Part shown: positions 29,202 through 38,812 of the stretch, piece after piece | Numbering within the stretch: position 1 is the first letter of the stretch | How the letters are laid out: every line of letters begins with the position of its first letter | Assembly (NCBI GenBank): GCA_018303755.1 | Contig: JAGVXO010000008.1 | Location: 1-60,086, forward strand | Source: Candidatus Pacearchaeota archaeon | GTDB lineage: Archaea; Nanobdellota; Nanobdellia; Pacearchaeales; GW2011-AR1 | Length of the DNA stretch: 60,086 nucleotides | Reading direction: 5' to 3' | Notes under the pieces: generated by a model | The model's input: only the letters and a program-made list of their open reading frames with translations | What the model was told of the DNA's origin: nothing | The model's database searches: none | Made by a program: the position numbers and the translations under genes

Positions 29202-30104
29202 TTAAATCTCAAACCTCATCAAATCTCTCCCAATTTCCGTGTTTTTAAATGCCTTTTTCGCCAAATCAAGGAATTTTTTTTCATTCAGCGAATGCCTCTG
29301 GCTCATGTGAATTAAGACAAGTTTTTTTGATTTTGAAAGTTTTGCAATTCTAACAGCGTCGCTGACAGTAAGATGATAATATGCCTTTGCAAGCTCAGCT
29401 TCATCAAGATAAGTCGCCTCACATATCAACAAATCAGAATTTCTGGCAAATTTTACAATTTTATCATCAAACAAAGTATCAAGTACAATTGAAACTTTTC
29501 TTCCATTCTGCAGATAAGTAACAGATTTATAATTTATTTTTTTTCCATTAATAATTATATCTTTTCCCTGCTTAAGTTTCCCGAGAACAGGACTATTTGA
29601 AATCTTTATTTTTGCAAGTTTTTTCTTGTCAATTCTCAACTTGTCTTTTTCAGCAAAATTATATGCAAGACAAGAAATATTATGCTTTGCATTTTCTGCA
29701 CCAACGATAAAATCTTCTGTTTCAATAATATTTCCTGCGCTGACTTCAGAAATATCAATAGAAACTCTCCATGTTCTTGCAAATGTCTCCATCATCTTGC
29801 TAAGATATTCTTTTGTTCCTTTAGGCCCATAAATCTTCAATGTTTTGGAATAATCATTAAGCGCAAGCGTCTGCAATAATCCTGGAATGCCGAGAACATG
29901 ATCTCCATGCCAATGAGTAATAAACAATCTTGTAATTCTGCACGGATTTATTCTTGCTTTTCTAAACTGCCTCTGAATTCCCTCTCCACAGTCAAAAAGC
30001 ATGCTTTCAGCTTTGTAATCCAGCAAAATGCCCGGATGATTTTTTTCTGCAGTTGGAACTGCGCTTCCTGAGCCAAGAAGCACAACATTAATTTTCTCTG
30101 CCAT
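29202..30104 (-). CDS. rnz: Ribonuclease Z
   Basis: LGSGSAVPT, FDCGEG, HWHGDHVLG, CEATY, LIHMSQR. Confidence 0.95.
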   Translation of the reverse strand: MAEKINVVLLGSGSAVPTAEKNHPGILLDYKAESMLFDCGEGIQRQFRKARINPCRITRLFITHWHGDHVLGIPGLLQTLALNDYSKTLKIYGPKGTKEYLSKMMETFARTWRVSIDISEVSAGNIIETEDFIVGAENAKHNISCLAYNFAEKDKLRIDKKKLAKIKISNSPVLGKLKQGKDIIINGKKINYKSVTYLQNGRKVSIVLDTLFDDKIVKFARNSDLLICEATYLDEAELAKAYYHLTVSDAVRIAKLSKSKKLVLIHMSQRHSLNEKKFLDLAKKAFKNTEIGRDLMRFEI

Positions 30105-30512
30105 AAAATAATCAGGAAAAAGGAGTTTAAATATATTAAGAAAAAGGGATTTACTATTTTTACAAAGAATACATGAGAATAATCTGGCTCTGCCAAGATT
30201 ATTCTTTTTTAATCTGTTAATCTAAAAGGATTTTGATATATTTAACATGAGGTAATCATAATCCTCCTGTCTTCATCTAATTTATTTGGGCATTATTAAA
30301 AAATAATTTCATAGCCGATTAATCCTGCTGAAAGCGAGCAATTGCACGAGCCAAAGTAGTTTATACAATGAGTGCAATTACGAGTAGGATTAATTATCAC
30401 TTTTCACTTACTTTTAAAAAAAAGTTCTGAATATCAAATCAAAAAACAATAAAGCTTCAGCTACAACTCAAAGACACCAGAAATAGTGTCCCTGAAAATT
30501 AAAAAAACAGGA

Positions 30513-30761
30513 CTAACCTTTTATTGCAGCCGATGCAGGCGAGATAAACACAATCGTGTCTCCTCTAAGGAAAGTCAACCCAAGGTTTCTTTTTACTTCA
30601 TTTCCATGCATTTCTTTGGTGTTATCCAGCACAATGTTAATGTGGATATCAAATGCAAGAAGAGTTCCGACAAGTTGCTTTTCACTCTTTAACTGCACCA
30701 AAATTTCCTTGCCTTTTGATATATTCAAAAGGTCAAGCGGCCGTTCAATTCCATTCGCCAT
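30513..30761 (-). CDS. Sm/Lsm archaeal protein
   Basis: RPLDLL, GTLLAFDIHINIVL, FLRGDTIVFIS. Confidence 0.9.
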   Translation of the reverse strand: MANGIERPLDLLNISKGKEILVQLKSEKQLVGTLLAFDIHINIVLDNTKEMHGNEVKRNLGLTFLRGDTIVFISPASAAIKG

Positions 30762-30988
30762 AACTATTCACTTAAATTCAAGTTTTTAAATATTTGCTTT
30801 CACGCAAAGTTTTGTATAATAAAACAAATAAAATTTATAGATGGCTGTTTTTTCATGCTAAACTCAGAACCAGATAATTCAATTATTATAATTAATATTT
30901 CTTGCAAATTTTTATTAAAAATTTCACCACTTAATTCAAATAAATAAAATGACGATAAGTTTTTATAACCTTTAGTCTATATTCTGTA

Positions 30989-31993
30989 ATGCCAATTAAT
31001 CTTTGCAATTCTGAATATGAAGAAATTAAGGGAATATACAAGCAAAGGCAAATCTCTGCTGAAAAATTGCTGGAAGAAAAAGTTATGCCCTTGCAAAAAA
31101 GAGTTTCTAGATTTTCTGGAGAGTTAATTGCAGTACTAACAAGAGATTATGAACAAATCTCAACTTGCACTCCTGCAAGTTATGGAATAAAAGAAGAGGT
31201 TTATATTGGAATTATAACTCCACAAACAAGATTTCCTGCAGTTGAATGGCTTCGAGACCCATATAATATAAATTTCTGCGGAGTTATTCTTTCAGGAGTG
31301 GAAAATCCCCATTCATTAGAATTAGATTCTGGATTTGAAAGGGAGTTTAGAAAAGAGGAAAAAGGAGAATTTCATAGTTGGTCACTCAGTGATACAGTAA
31401 CATTATTATATTTTATGGAGAGGCCGCCTCAAGCTCCAGCAACCCCAAAAGAATCTGGCTGTTTTGGCGGCATAGATCACTTGCTAATTGAAACACAAGA
31501 ACCAAGATTAGAATTATATATTGGAAGTGGTGAAGCAGTTCCTTTTTTGCAAGAGAAATTAAGGGGGTGGGAATATCTGCAGTTAGCAGAAACTCTTGAA
31601 CAAGCTTTACCAATACCCGAAGAACTTGAAAGAAGAATAGAAAAAGAACAATTAGATCTTTATGATAAGCTTAAAAAAGAAGAACAAAAAGCCAGAGCAT
31701 TAACAGAAAGAAGAGAAAGAAGATTAAACAGTTTGACAAATGGAGAAGGCATATTTTATTATGAAGGAGGTATAGAGCTAACTGACGAAGTTGTAGAATG
31801 GAACAGATACAGCCCCTCAATTGAAGAATCAAAAAGAAGAATTAGAGGACTTGTAAATACAGCTGTAAATCGAGGATATCATGAAACAGGAAGGCAGATA
31901 AGAAGAGTATTAGATGTAGGCGTCGTAAAGAATATTAATATAAAAGAATTCTTTTCCCATAGAAAAGAAATGTATGACAATTCTTTGAAATAA
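30989..31993 (+). CDS. Hypothetical protein (orphan)
   Basis: 334-aa ORF, no motif recognised. Confidence 0.55.
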   Translation: MPINLCNSEYEEIKGIYKQRQISAEKLLEEKVMPLQKRVSRFSGELIAVLTRDYEQISTCTPASYGIKEEVYIGIITPQTRFPAVEWLRDPYNINFCGVILSGVENPHSLELDSGFEREFRKEEKGEFHSWSLSDTVTLLYFMERPPQAPATPKESGCFGGIDHLLIETQEPRLELYIGSGEAVPFLQEKLRGWEYLQLAETLEQALPIPEELERRIEKEQLDLYDKLKKEEQKARALTERRERRLNSLTNGEGIFYYEGGIELTDEVVEWNRYSPSIEESKRRIRGLVNTAVNRGYHETGRQIRRVLDVGVVKNINIKEFFSHRKEMYDNSLK

Positions 31994-32036
31994 AATCCTC
32001 AGAAAACTATTTAAACCAACTTCTGAATATTTCTTT

Positions 32037-32402
32037 ATGAAATTAGGAAGAAAAATATCTGGCGGGAAATACAAAAGCCAGAGAAAAAAGAAAAAGTACG
32101 AGCTTAGCAGACAGCCTAGAATTGTGAAACTGAAAGAAAGAAAAGCAAAATTATTGAAAACACGCGGAGGAAATTCAAAAACAGTTCTTTTTTCTTCAAA
32201 TAAAATTAATCTGATTGACAAAAAAACAAAAAAAGCAAAACAAGTTTCTATAACAAATGTTATTGAAACTCCTTCAAATCGTTTTCTTGCAAGGCAAAAT
32301 ATTCTTACAAAGGGCGCAATTGTGCAAACCGAATTAGGTAAGGCAATAATAACAAACCGTCCTGGGCAGGAAGGATGCGTGCAGGGTGTGCTGATTGAAT
32401 AA
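32037..32402 (+). CDS. rps8e: 30S ribosomal protein S8e
   Basis: GRKISGG, TRGGN, RQNILTKGAIVQT, TNRPGQEG. Confidence 0.9.
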   Translation: MKLGRKISGGKYKSQRKKKKYELSRQPRIVKLKERKAKLLKTRGGNSKTVLFSSNKINLIDKKTKKAKQVSITNVIETPSNRFLARQNILTKGAIVQTELGKAIITNRPGQEGCVQGVLIE

Positions 32403-32420
32403 AAAATTAGATTTATAATC

Positions 32421-32585
32421 GCTCGCTTTATTCTGGTTCGCGCTTCGCGCATATTTTATTATTCTTCAAATCCTACTCCATTTGTTCATGGGTTCTTCAA
32501 ATGCTTTAATTTAATATCGAATAAAATAAAAACTCCAATGTGCTCACCTAAAATGCGGGAAAGGAGTGGGATGCTAGAAGAATAA
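32421..32585 (+). repeat. Dispersed intergenic element
   Basis: GGTTCGCGCTTCGCGC..CAAATCC..CCAATGTGCTCACCTAAAATGCGGGAAAGGAGTGGGATGCTAGAA. Confidence 0.75.
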
Positions 32586-32641
32586 ATTTTCAAAAATCTC
32601 AATATGTTGGCGATATTATGCTCTTTGCAAAATAAATCCTG

Positions 32642-33124
32642 TTAGAATTTATCAGACAATTCTTTATGAGAAGAGCCCATATATTTTGGTCTAGACAATC
32701 CCCTTAATGGAGAGTCTGATTTTGGTTTTGCTAATTGAGGTTTTGGTTTAGAAACAGATTTATTTTTTTGTTCATGTTCTGGATTATATTCTAGTTTTGG
32801 CACTTCTTGATATTCAAATTTAAATTCTCTTCCGCCTATATTAATAGAGCTAGGCATTGCCCTAGCCATTTGTTGAAATAACTTATTAGTTCCTTCTCTT
32901 GTACGCCCGTATATATCAACAATTACTTTATATCCAGATTCATAAATGTTTAATCTTACATATCTTGCATTTTCCCTATACTCTGTTTCCCCTTCTTTAT
33001 TTTTTGAAGGCAGAAGAACATATTGATTCGGAAAAAGCCCTCCCCCAATTTTTCTAAGAACAAAACCTCTCAAACTTCCTCTTCTTTGCCCTTCATGTTG
33101 TTTCTTAATACGTCCTCTTCCCAT
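32642..33124 (-). CDS. Hypothetical protein
   Basis: 160-aa ORF divergent from tfb. Confidence 0.45.
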   Translation of the reverse strand: MGRGRIKKQHEGQRRGSLRGFVLRKIGGGLFPNQYVLLPSKNKEGETEYRENARYVRLNIYESGYKVIVDIYGRTREGTNKLFQQMARAMPSSINIGGREFKFEYQEVPKLEYNPEHEQKNKSVSKPKPQLAKPKSDSPLRGLSRPKYMGSSHKELSDKF

Positions 33125-33254
33125 AAAAAATAAAGTATTCTCTTATTTTAAAGCATTATTGTGATGAAAAATCCCAGAATAAAATTTTCAAACCATAAAG
33201 TTTAAAAGCCATCCTTCGATATATTTATAAAGGTTACTAAAAACTTATAAACTA

Positions 33255-34193
33255 ATGAGCAGTGTTCAAAGATGCCCTGAGTGCAATAGTATTAATCTTA
33301 CATATGATGAAGAAAAAGGAGAGGTGATATGCAACGACTGCGGACTTCTTATTGAAGAAAAAATGGTTGATACAGGCATTGACTTGTCTGGAAAATTTGA
33401 CAAATCAGAGAAAAAGGGGCGTGGCGGAGCACCTATAAACATGCAAAAGTTTGACAAGGGGCTTACAACAAATGTGGGAGAGATTTCTGATATTTACAAA
33501 CTAGACACAAAACAAACAAGAAAATTTTTAAGATTGAAAAAATGGCAGGAAAGAGTTTCAACAAGCATTGAAAGAAATTTAAGATTAGCTATGGCAGAAT
33601 TAAGAAGAGTTGCTTCCTATCTTAATCTCCCGACAGTAATTGGCGACGAAGCTGCAAGAATTTATAACTATGTCCTGCAAAGGGGCTATGTAAGAGGAAG
33701 AAGCATGGAGTCTGTAATAGCTGCATGCATCTATGCTGCCTGCCGTTCATACAACATTCCAAGAACTCTTGATGAAATCGCGCATGCATCAGACATTGAA
33801 AGAAAAGAAATAGGAAGAACTTACAGATTCATAATAAGAAGAATGACAATCAAAGTTACTCCAAGTTCGCCAAATGATTACATCTCGAGATTCTCAAGTA
33901 TTCTTCATCTTTCTCCAAAAACCCAGAATCATGCATTAAGAATATTAAAAAAAGCAAATGAAGAAGAACTTACAAGCGGGCGAGGCCCCGCAGGAATTGC
34001 AGCAGCAGCACTTTATATTGCTGCGCTTCTCAACGACGAGAAAAAAACACAGAGAGAGGTTGCAGATGTCGCAGGAATAACAGAAGTAACAATAAGGAAT
34101 AGATACAAAGAACTAATAGATAGATTGGGATTAGAAGACAAAATGAAGCTCACTGAATTGGAGAAAAAAGATAAAGGCGGAAGCAAGAAATAA
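33255..34193 (+). CDS. tfb: Transcription initiation factor IIB
   Basis: Zn ribbon CPEC..CNDCG, VRGRSMES, GRGPAGIAAAALY, TQREVA..VTIRNRYKEL. Confidence 0.95.
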   Translation: MSSVQRCPECNSINLTYDEEKGEVICNDCGLLIEEKMVDTGIDLSGKFDKSEKKGRGGAPINMQKFDKGLTTNVGEISDIYKLDTKQTRKFLRLKKWQERVSTSIERNLRLAMAELRRVASYLNLPTVIGDEAARIYNYVLQRGYVRGRSMESVIAACIYAACRSYNIPRTLDEIAHASDIERKEIGRTYRFIIRRMTIKVTPSSPNDYISRFSSILHLSPKTQNHALRILKKANEEELTSGRGPAGIAAAALYIAALLNDEKKTQREVADVAGITEVTIRNRYKELIDRLGLEDKMKLTELEKKDKGGSKK

Positions 34194-34458
34194 TTTTATG
34201 TAAAATTCCGCCATTATAAAAAATAACTTACTTTTCTAAAGCAAGGAAATATAATTAAATCAATAAACAATCCAAAAATTACAATTTCTAATAAGATTCA
34301 TATTAAGATGTTTAGAATATTAAAAATATTAGAAAAAGAATAATCTTGGCGAAGCCAGATTATTCAGTTATTACACCCTCCTTTTTGTGTAACTACTATA
34401 TAAAAGATACAAACCGAAAACTTTAAATACCACTTCTTAATAGTGTCAGTATTAAAAA

Positions 34459-35175
34459 ATGACACAAAAATCATTGTTTATACTTTCAGCATTTTTAGCA
34501 TTAGCAATGCTCATAAACATTGCTTCATTTGCATCAGCAGAAATAATTTGGTCGCTTCCGACAGAAGTTGAATTTCAGGTGGTTAATTCAACAATGCCTC
34601 CTACTCTTCAGATGCATATCATAAAACCAGAAGCAAACAAAGTTTATTACACCAGAAGTATACCTTTGATTGTAGAAACAAATATACCTGCAACATGTTC
34701 ATATTCTCTTGATAATGCTCCAAGCGTTTCTCTTGGTACAAAGAATTATTTTTCAAGAATACTTAATGTGCTTTATGGAAAGCATAAAATAAGTGTAACA
34801 TGCACTGCAGGAAATCAGACAGTCACAAAATCCGTAAATTTCACCTCAAAAAAGAAATGTGAATCAAAACCAAATATTGAAGAAGAAACTGACGATGAAA
34901 TTGAAGACCAATTTCACAATCCAGTTTATGGAGAATGGACTTGTATAAACAATCGCTTTCAGAGATGGAATATAATTGAAGGAATTGAAGAGCTGGAATA
35001 CGGCGGAGTTTGCGGATTAGAGCTTCCAGCAAGTGGAAAAACAAGCGGATTTCAATTCAGCTTCTGGTATGCACTTTTATTCATGCTAATCTTCTTAATT
35101 GTATTATTATTGGTGCTTATAATTGCAATCGCTGCGCGATTGTCCCAAAGACGGCAAAGACAACGAAGAAAGTGA
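34459..35175 (+). CDS. Surface protein: signal peptide, Ig-like domain, C-terminal TM anchor
   Basis: N-terminal signal, ATCSYSLDN..GKHKISVTC, hydrophobic C-terminus followed by an Arg-rich stop-transfer. Confidence 0.65.
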   Translation: MTQKSLFILSAFLALAMLINIASFASAEIIWSLPTEVEFQVVNSTMPPTLQMHIIKPEANKVYYTRSIPLIVETNIPATCSYSLDNAPSVSLGTKNYFSRILNVLYGKHKISVTCTAGNQTVTKSVNFTSKKKCESKPNIEEETDDEIEDQFHNPVYGEWTCINNRFQRWNIIEGIEELEYGGVCGLELPASGKTSGFQFSFWYALLFMLIFLIVLLLVLIIAIAARLSQRRQRQRRK

Positions 35176-35310
35176 TTAAATTCGATTTGGCTTATCATTG
35201 TTTTTTAAACACACCATAACTTTTCCTTATTTTAGGTTTGTTCATTAGTATTGTTTATTTTATGTTTAATTCAAATTTTATTCAATATCCAGTTAAAATA
35301 TATTAAAATC

Positions 35311-35580
35311 CAATGAGCTAAATAGCATAGGATTTGCAAAATAAACAAGTGCGCGAAGCGAACCAATAATTAATTTTTCTAACATCCCATTCCTTTTCAC
35401 ATTTAACATCTTTTTATTGGAGTTTCATTATTTTAACATCATCAATTAAAAGTACATAAAAAACCAATGTGCTCATGGGTTTGGTATTTGAAAAATAAAC
35501 AGGCAGGCGAAGCAAATTTATAAACTGGCGAGGCGAAGCCGAGCCAATATATGACGAGCCAGCAGGCGAGCCAAATATCT
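35311..35580 (-). repeat. Dispersed intergenic element, tandem hairpin-tail-hairpin arrangement
   Basis: Reverse strand reads GGCTCGCCTGCTGGCTCG..GCTCGGCTTCGCCTCGCC..CCAATAAAAAGATGTTAAATGTGAAAAGGAATGGGATGTTAG..GGTTCGCTTCGCGCAC..GCAAATCC. Confidence 0.75.
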
Positions 35581-35628
35581 CTCTGCAGAAGCATAGTTTT
35601 TTAAGCAGATTTATTTTAATATTTTTAA

Positions 35629-35712
35629 GCGGGAGTGCCAGAGTGGTCAAATGGGAGAGACTCAAGATCTCTTGGCTTAGTGCCTTCATAGGTTCAAATC
35701 CTATCTCCCGCA
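35629..35712 (+). tRNA. tRNA-Leu(CAA)
   Basis: Acceptor GCGGGAG/CTCCCGC, loop CTCAAGA, long variable arm. Confidence 0.92.
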
Positions 35713-35907
35713 TAAAAATGATTTGAATGGAAAACTAAACCACGCATGCAGGATTACAAAAACCCCCATAGGGCTTTATGATTTCCTTCATTTTTTAACA
35801 TTAATTAGTCAGTTTCTGTATAATTTATAATTCACAAAGCATAAGGTTTATAAAGAGGTACTTATTATACAGATAATGTATAATTTGTACTTCAATTTAA
35901 TAATAAA

Positions 35908-36459
35908 ATGGAAAAACAAGATAAAGAATCAGTTATGAGTAAAACCAAAATAAGGGGACTTTCACAAAGAGAAGTAGAAATCATGGCTTGGCTTGAGTTT
36001 TATCAAAAGTACTTTTTTAAATCTAAAGAGATTAAGCAATTTTTTAGCAACAAAAATAATCTTTATAGGGGAATACAAAAGCTTCTATCTAAAAAAAGAA
36101 TAATTAAGCTTAATCAAAATAAATATTATCTTGTTCCAATTAAAGCCAAGTCTGGAGCATGGATAGAACATGATTTTATGGTTATAGATGAAATCTGCAA
36201 CTCAGGAAATTATTACATTGGTGGATGGAGTGCGGCTAATTATTGGCGTCTTACAGATCAAATCCCTTCTTGGATAGATGTATTTACAACAAATAAAAAA
36301 GGAAGAAAAATAATTCTCAATAATAAAATTCTATTTCACCAGCTTAGAAAAATAGACAAATCAAAATATGTGATAAAAATGATAAATGGACATGAATTTA
36401 AAATATTAAATAAAAGAGAAACTAAAAAATGGTTGAAATTAAGAGAATACCTGCTATAG
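35908..36459 (+). CDS. Type IV TA antitoxin, AbiEi-like
   Basis: N-terminal wHTH-like region, YYIGGWSAANYWRLTDQIP motif; overlaps the AbiEii gene. Confidence 0.75.
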   Translation: MEKQDKESVMSKTKIRGLSQREVEIMAWLEFYQKYFFKSKEIKQFFSNKNNLYRGIQKLLSKKRIIKLNQNKYYLVPIKAKSGAWIEHDFMVIDEICNSGNYYIGGWSAANYWRLTDQIPSWIDVFTTNKKGRKIILNNKILFHQLRKIDKSKYVIKMINGHEFKILNKRETKKWLKLREYLL

Positions 36460-37232
36460 AATTTGAAGATATATTAGCAAGAACAAAGTTTAATCATTCT
36501 AAGCTGACTAAGGATTATTTTCTTACTCTAATTCTATATTTGATTAAAGATGTAGAAGGAATTTATTTTAAAGGTGGAACAGCTTTAAATAAGATTTTCT
36601 TAAATCATGCGAGGCTATCAGAAGATATAGATTTTACTTTAACAAGAGAGGTTTCTGAAGTTAAGAAAGAGATAATCCCAATCATTGAAAAATCTGGCTT
36701 ATCTGACAAAATAAGTGAAGATAAAAATGTAGAAGGGTTTCTGAGAATAATTGTTCATTATACTGGATTCGATGGTGAGAAAGAAAGTGTTTTCATTGAT
36801 TTAAACCAAAAAGGAAAACTAATTCTTCCATCAGAACTTCATAAAATCAATCATTTTTATTCGCCATTTATTCCAGAATTTTCTATTAAAACTTTAGCAA
36901 GAGAAGAACTGGTTGCTGAAAAAGTCGCTGCATCAATTAGGAGAAATAAACCAAGAGACCATTTTGATGTTTATCAGATAATTCATACAGGTATTCCCAT
37001 CAAGATGGAAATTGTTAAAAAGAAATGCTCGGATTCTGGCGATGAGTTCTCTATCATCAAAATGTTCAATAAAGCCAAAACTCTAAAAAACAGATGGGAT
37101 AAAGATATGGGTTCCCTTATCTCTGAACCTATCTCTTTTCAAGAAGTCATGAAATTCTTAGCCAAACACTTTAAACTCAAAGACGAAAAAGAAAACGCCA
37201 AAAACGCCAAGAAGAAAAATGAGAAAAGATAA
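36429..37232 (+). CDS. AbiEii/AbiGii nucleotidyltransferase toxin
   Basis: FKGGTALNKIF..RLSEDIDF, AEKVAA..RNKPRDHFD. Confidence 0.9.
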   Translation: MVEIKRIPAIEFEDILARTKFNHSKLTKDYFLTLILYLIKDVEGIYFKGGTALNKIFLNHARLSEDIDFTLTREVSEVKKEIIPIIEKSGLSDKISEDKNVEGFLRIIVHYTGFDGEKESVFIDLNQKGKLILPSELHKINHFYSPFIPEFSIKTLAREELVAEKVAASIRRNKPRDHFDVYQIIHTGIPIKMEIVKKKCSDSGDEFSIIKMFNKAKTLKNRWDKDMGSLISEPISFQEVMKFLAKHFKLKDEKENAKNAKKKNEKR

Positions 37233-37525
37233 TTAAAGCAGGTGCATATAATTTACGCTTCGAACTTTTAGTTGAGGGGGATTAACCCGCATTTTTATAA
37301 ATTAATTTCAATTTACTTCGTGGCCTGCAGGAGTTCGGCTTGTTCACCCATTGTCACCCATCCCCTGCCCCTTCCCTCGAGGGAATGGGACGTTGTTATC
37401 TGATAAAACGGATGGTAATTTATGATATCATCTATTTTTTAACATCTAAATCTTAAAACTCTATATTCTCGTGTCAAACAAAAGATTTATAAATACCAAT
37501 AAATTGGTTAATATAAACCAAATAG

Positions 37526-38179
37526 TTGGTTAATACATGCCACAAAACAGGACTAAAAATGTTAACACAAATACAGCTTAGATTATTTGAACCCTTAACG
37601 AGGAATTTGCTTAAAGAGTATACTATTAAAGAAATAAAAGAGTCTTCTGGTGAAAAATCAAATAATGCAATAACTCTCGCTTTAAAGAAATTTAAGGATG
37701 AAAATATAGCTAAAGAAAGAAGAATCGGAAGATCTTTGCTTTACATGCTTAATACAGATAATGAGGTTGTTTTTAATTATATTCAGATGATAAATACTCA
37801 GAAAATCCCTAAAACTGCTCTAAGAGCAATAGAAAGAATAAAAGAAGAGGTAGAAAAGCACACATCATTTTTTTCTATAGTCATATTTGGCTCTTACGCG
37901 ATAGGAAAACAAACTAAAGACTCTGATTTAGATGTAGCGGTTTTTATTGAGGATAATAGCAAGAAAAAAGAAATAGAATCTGCTATAAAATCATCTGAAC
38001 TTAAAATTCCATTAGATATTCATGGTCATGTTATTCCTACTGATGAATTTTTAGAGATGCTGAAAATAGATGAAGAAAACTTAGGTAAACAGATAGCAAG
38101 GAAACATTTATCAATTTATAATTCCCCTATATTTTACTTATTATTGAAAAGAGGCATAAAAAACGGATTCAGATACTAA
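37526..38179 (+). CDS. wHTH-MNT nucleotidyltransferase antitoxin
   Basis: IFGSYAIGKQTKDSDLDV; true start may be ATG 37559. Confidence 0.85.
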   Translation: MVNTCHKTGLKMLTQIQLRLFEPLTRNLLKEYTIKEIKESSGEKSNNAITLALKKFKDENIAKERRIGRSLLYMLNTDNEVVFNYIQMINTQKIPKTALRAIERIKEEVEKHTSFFSIVIFGSYAIGKQTKDSDLDVAVFIEDNSKKKEIESAIKSSELKIPLDIHGHVIPTDEFLEMLKIDEENLGKQIARKHLSIYNSPIFYLLLKRGIKNGFRY

Positions 38180-38642
38180 ACTATATTTGGAAAGGGCAGA
38201 GAACGAATTAAGACTTGCAGAAATGATAATGCAGTTAAGCGTAAATCTTGATATTCAAACAAAAATACCAGACATAAGCAAAACAGACACTTATTTCAGT
38301 TCAGTTATATCGCATTCATATTATTCTATCTTTTATACAGCAAAGGCTTATTTGATTATGAAAGGAATAATAACCAAAATCCCTAATGAACACAAGAAAA
38401 CCTACAATCAATTCAGAAAGATAGTTTCACAAGGGATTGTTGATAAAGAACTGCTAATTTTATATGATGAGGTATTAGTAAAAGCCGATAACTTGCTAGG
38501 GATATTTAAAGTTGAAAAGAAAAAACGAGGATAGTTTACTTATCAAAGAATAGCTCAAGCAAATCTTGAACCTGCAAAGGAAAGTCTAGAAAATGCAAAG
38601 ACTTTCTTAAAGCACATTTACGATTTGTGTGATAATGCTTAA
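38163..38642 (+). pseudogene. HEPN-domain toxin interrupted by in-frame TAG at 38532-38534
   Basis: YLERAENEL, SHSYYSIFYTAKAYL, EHKKT; the frame continues 35 codons past TAG; putative start reads ACG at 38163. Confidence 0.75.
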
Positions 38643-38794
38643 TCTTATTTACATTTTTCAAAACAGAGAAAAAGAAAAGAGGAGAATTTACCTATAAAAC
38701 AATTCCACAAGCCAATAAAGAACCAGCTCAAGAAAGCTTAAATAACTCACAGACATTTTTTAAGCATATATACAAAATGTGCGAGGATTTATAA
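38641..38794 (+). pseudogene. Orphan 3' fragment of a paralogous HEPN gene
   Basis: Encodes EKKKRGEFTYKTIPQANKEPAQESLNNSQTFFKHIYKMCEDL*, 27/42 identical to the preceding gene's C-terminus. Confidence 0.8.
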
Positions 38795-38812
38795 TCGGAG
38801 AATTTTTAAGAA

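Noticed and set aside
35414-35713. 99-aa minus-strand ORF
   Set aside because: Antisense to tRNA-Leu and a dispersed repeat; a typical shadow ORF
37260-37420. GC-rich segment as SRP RNA or RNase P RNA
   Set aside because: Lacks the SRP helix-8 and RNase P GAGGAAAGUCC motifs and is too short
38532-38534. In-frame TAG as evidence of amber recoding or pyrrolysine
   Set aside because: TAG is the normal stop of several genes here (e.g. tyrS, albA), no pyl genes are seen, and the paralogous tail has Glu at this site
38500-38794. HEPN tail duplication as a DGR template/variable repeat pair
   Set aside because: Mismatches are not adenine-restricted (ACT/ACC, AGT/AGC, CTA/TTA, TGT/TGC) and no reverse transcriptase is present
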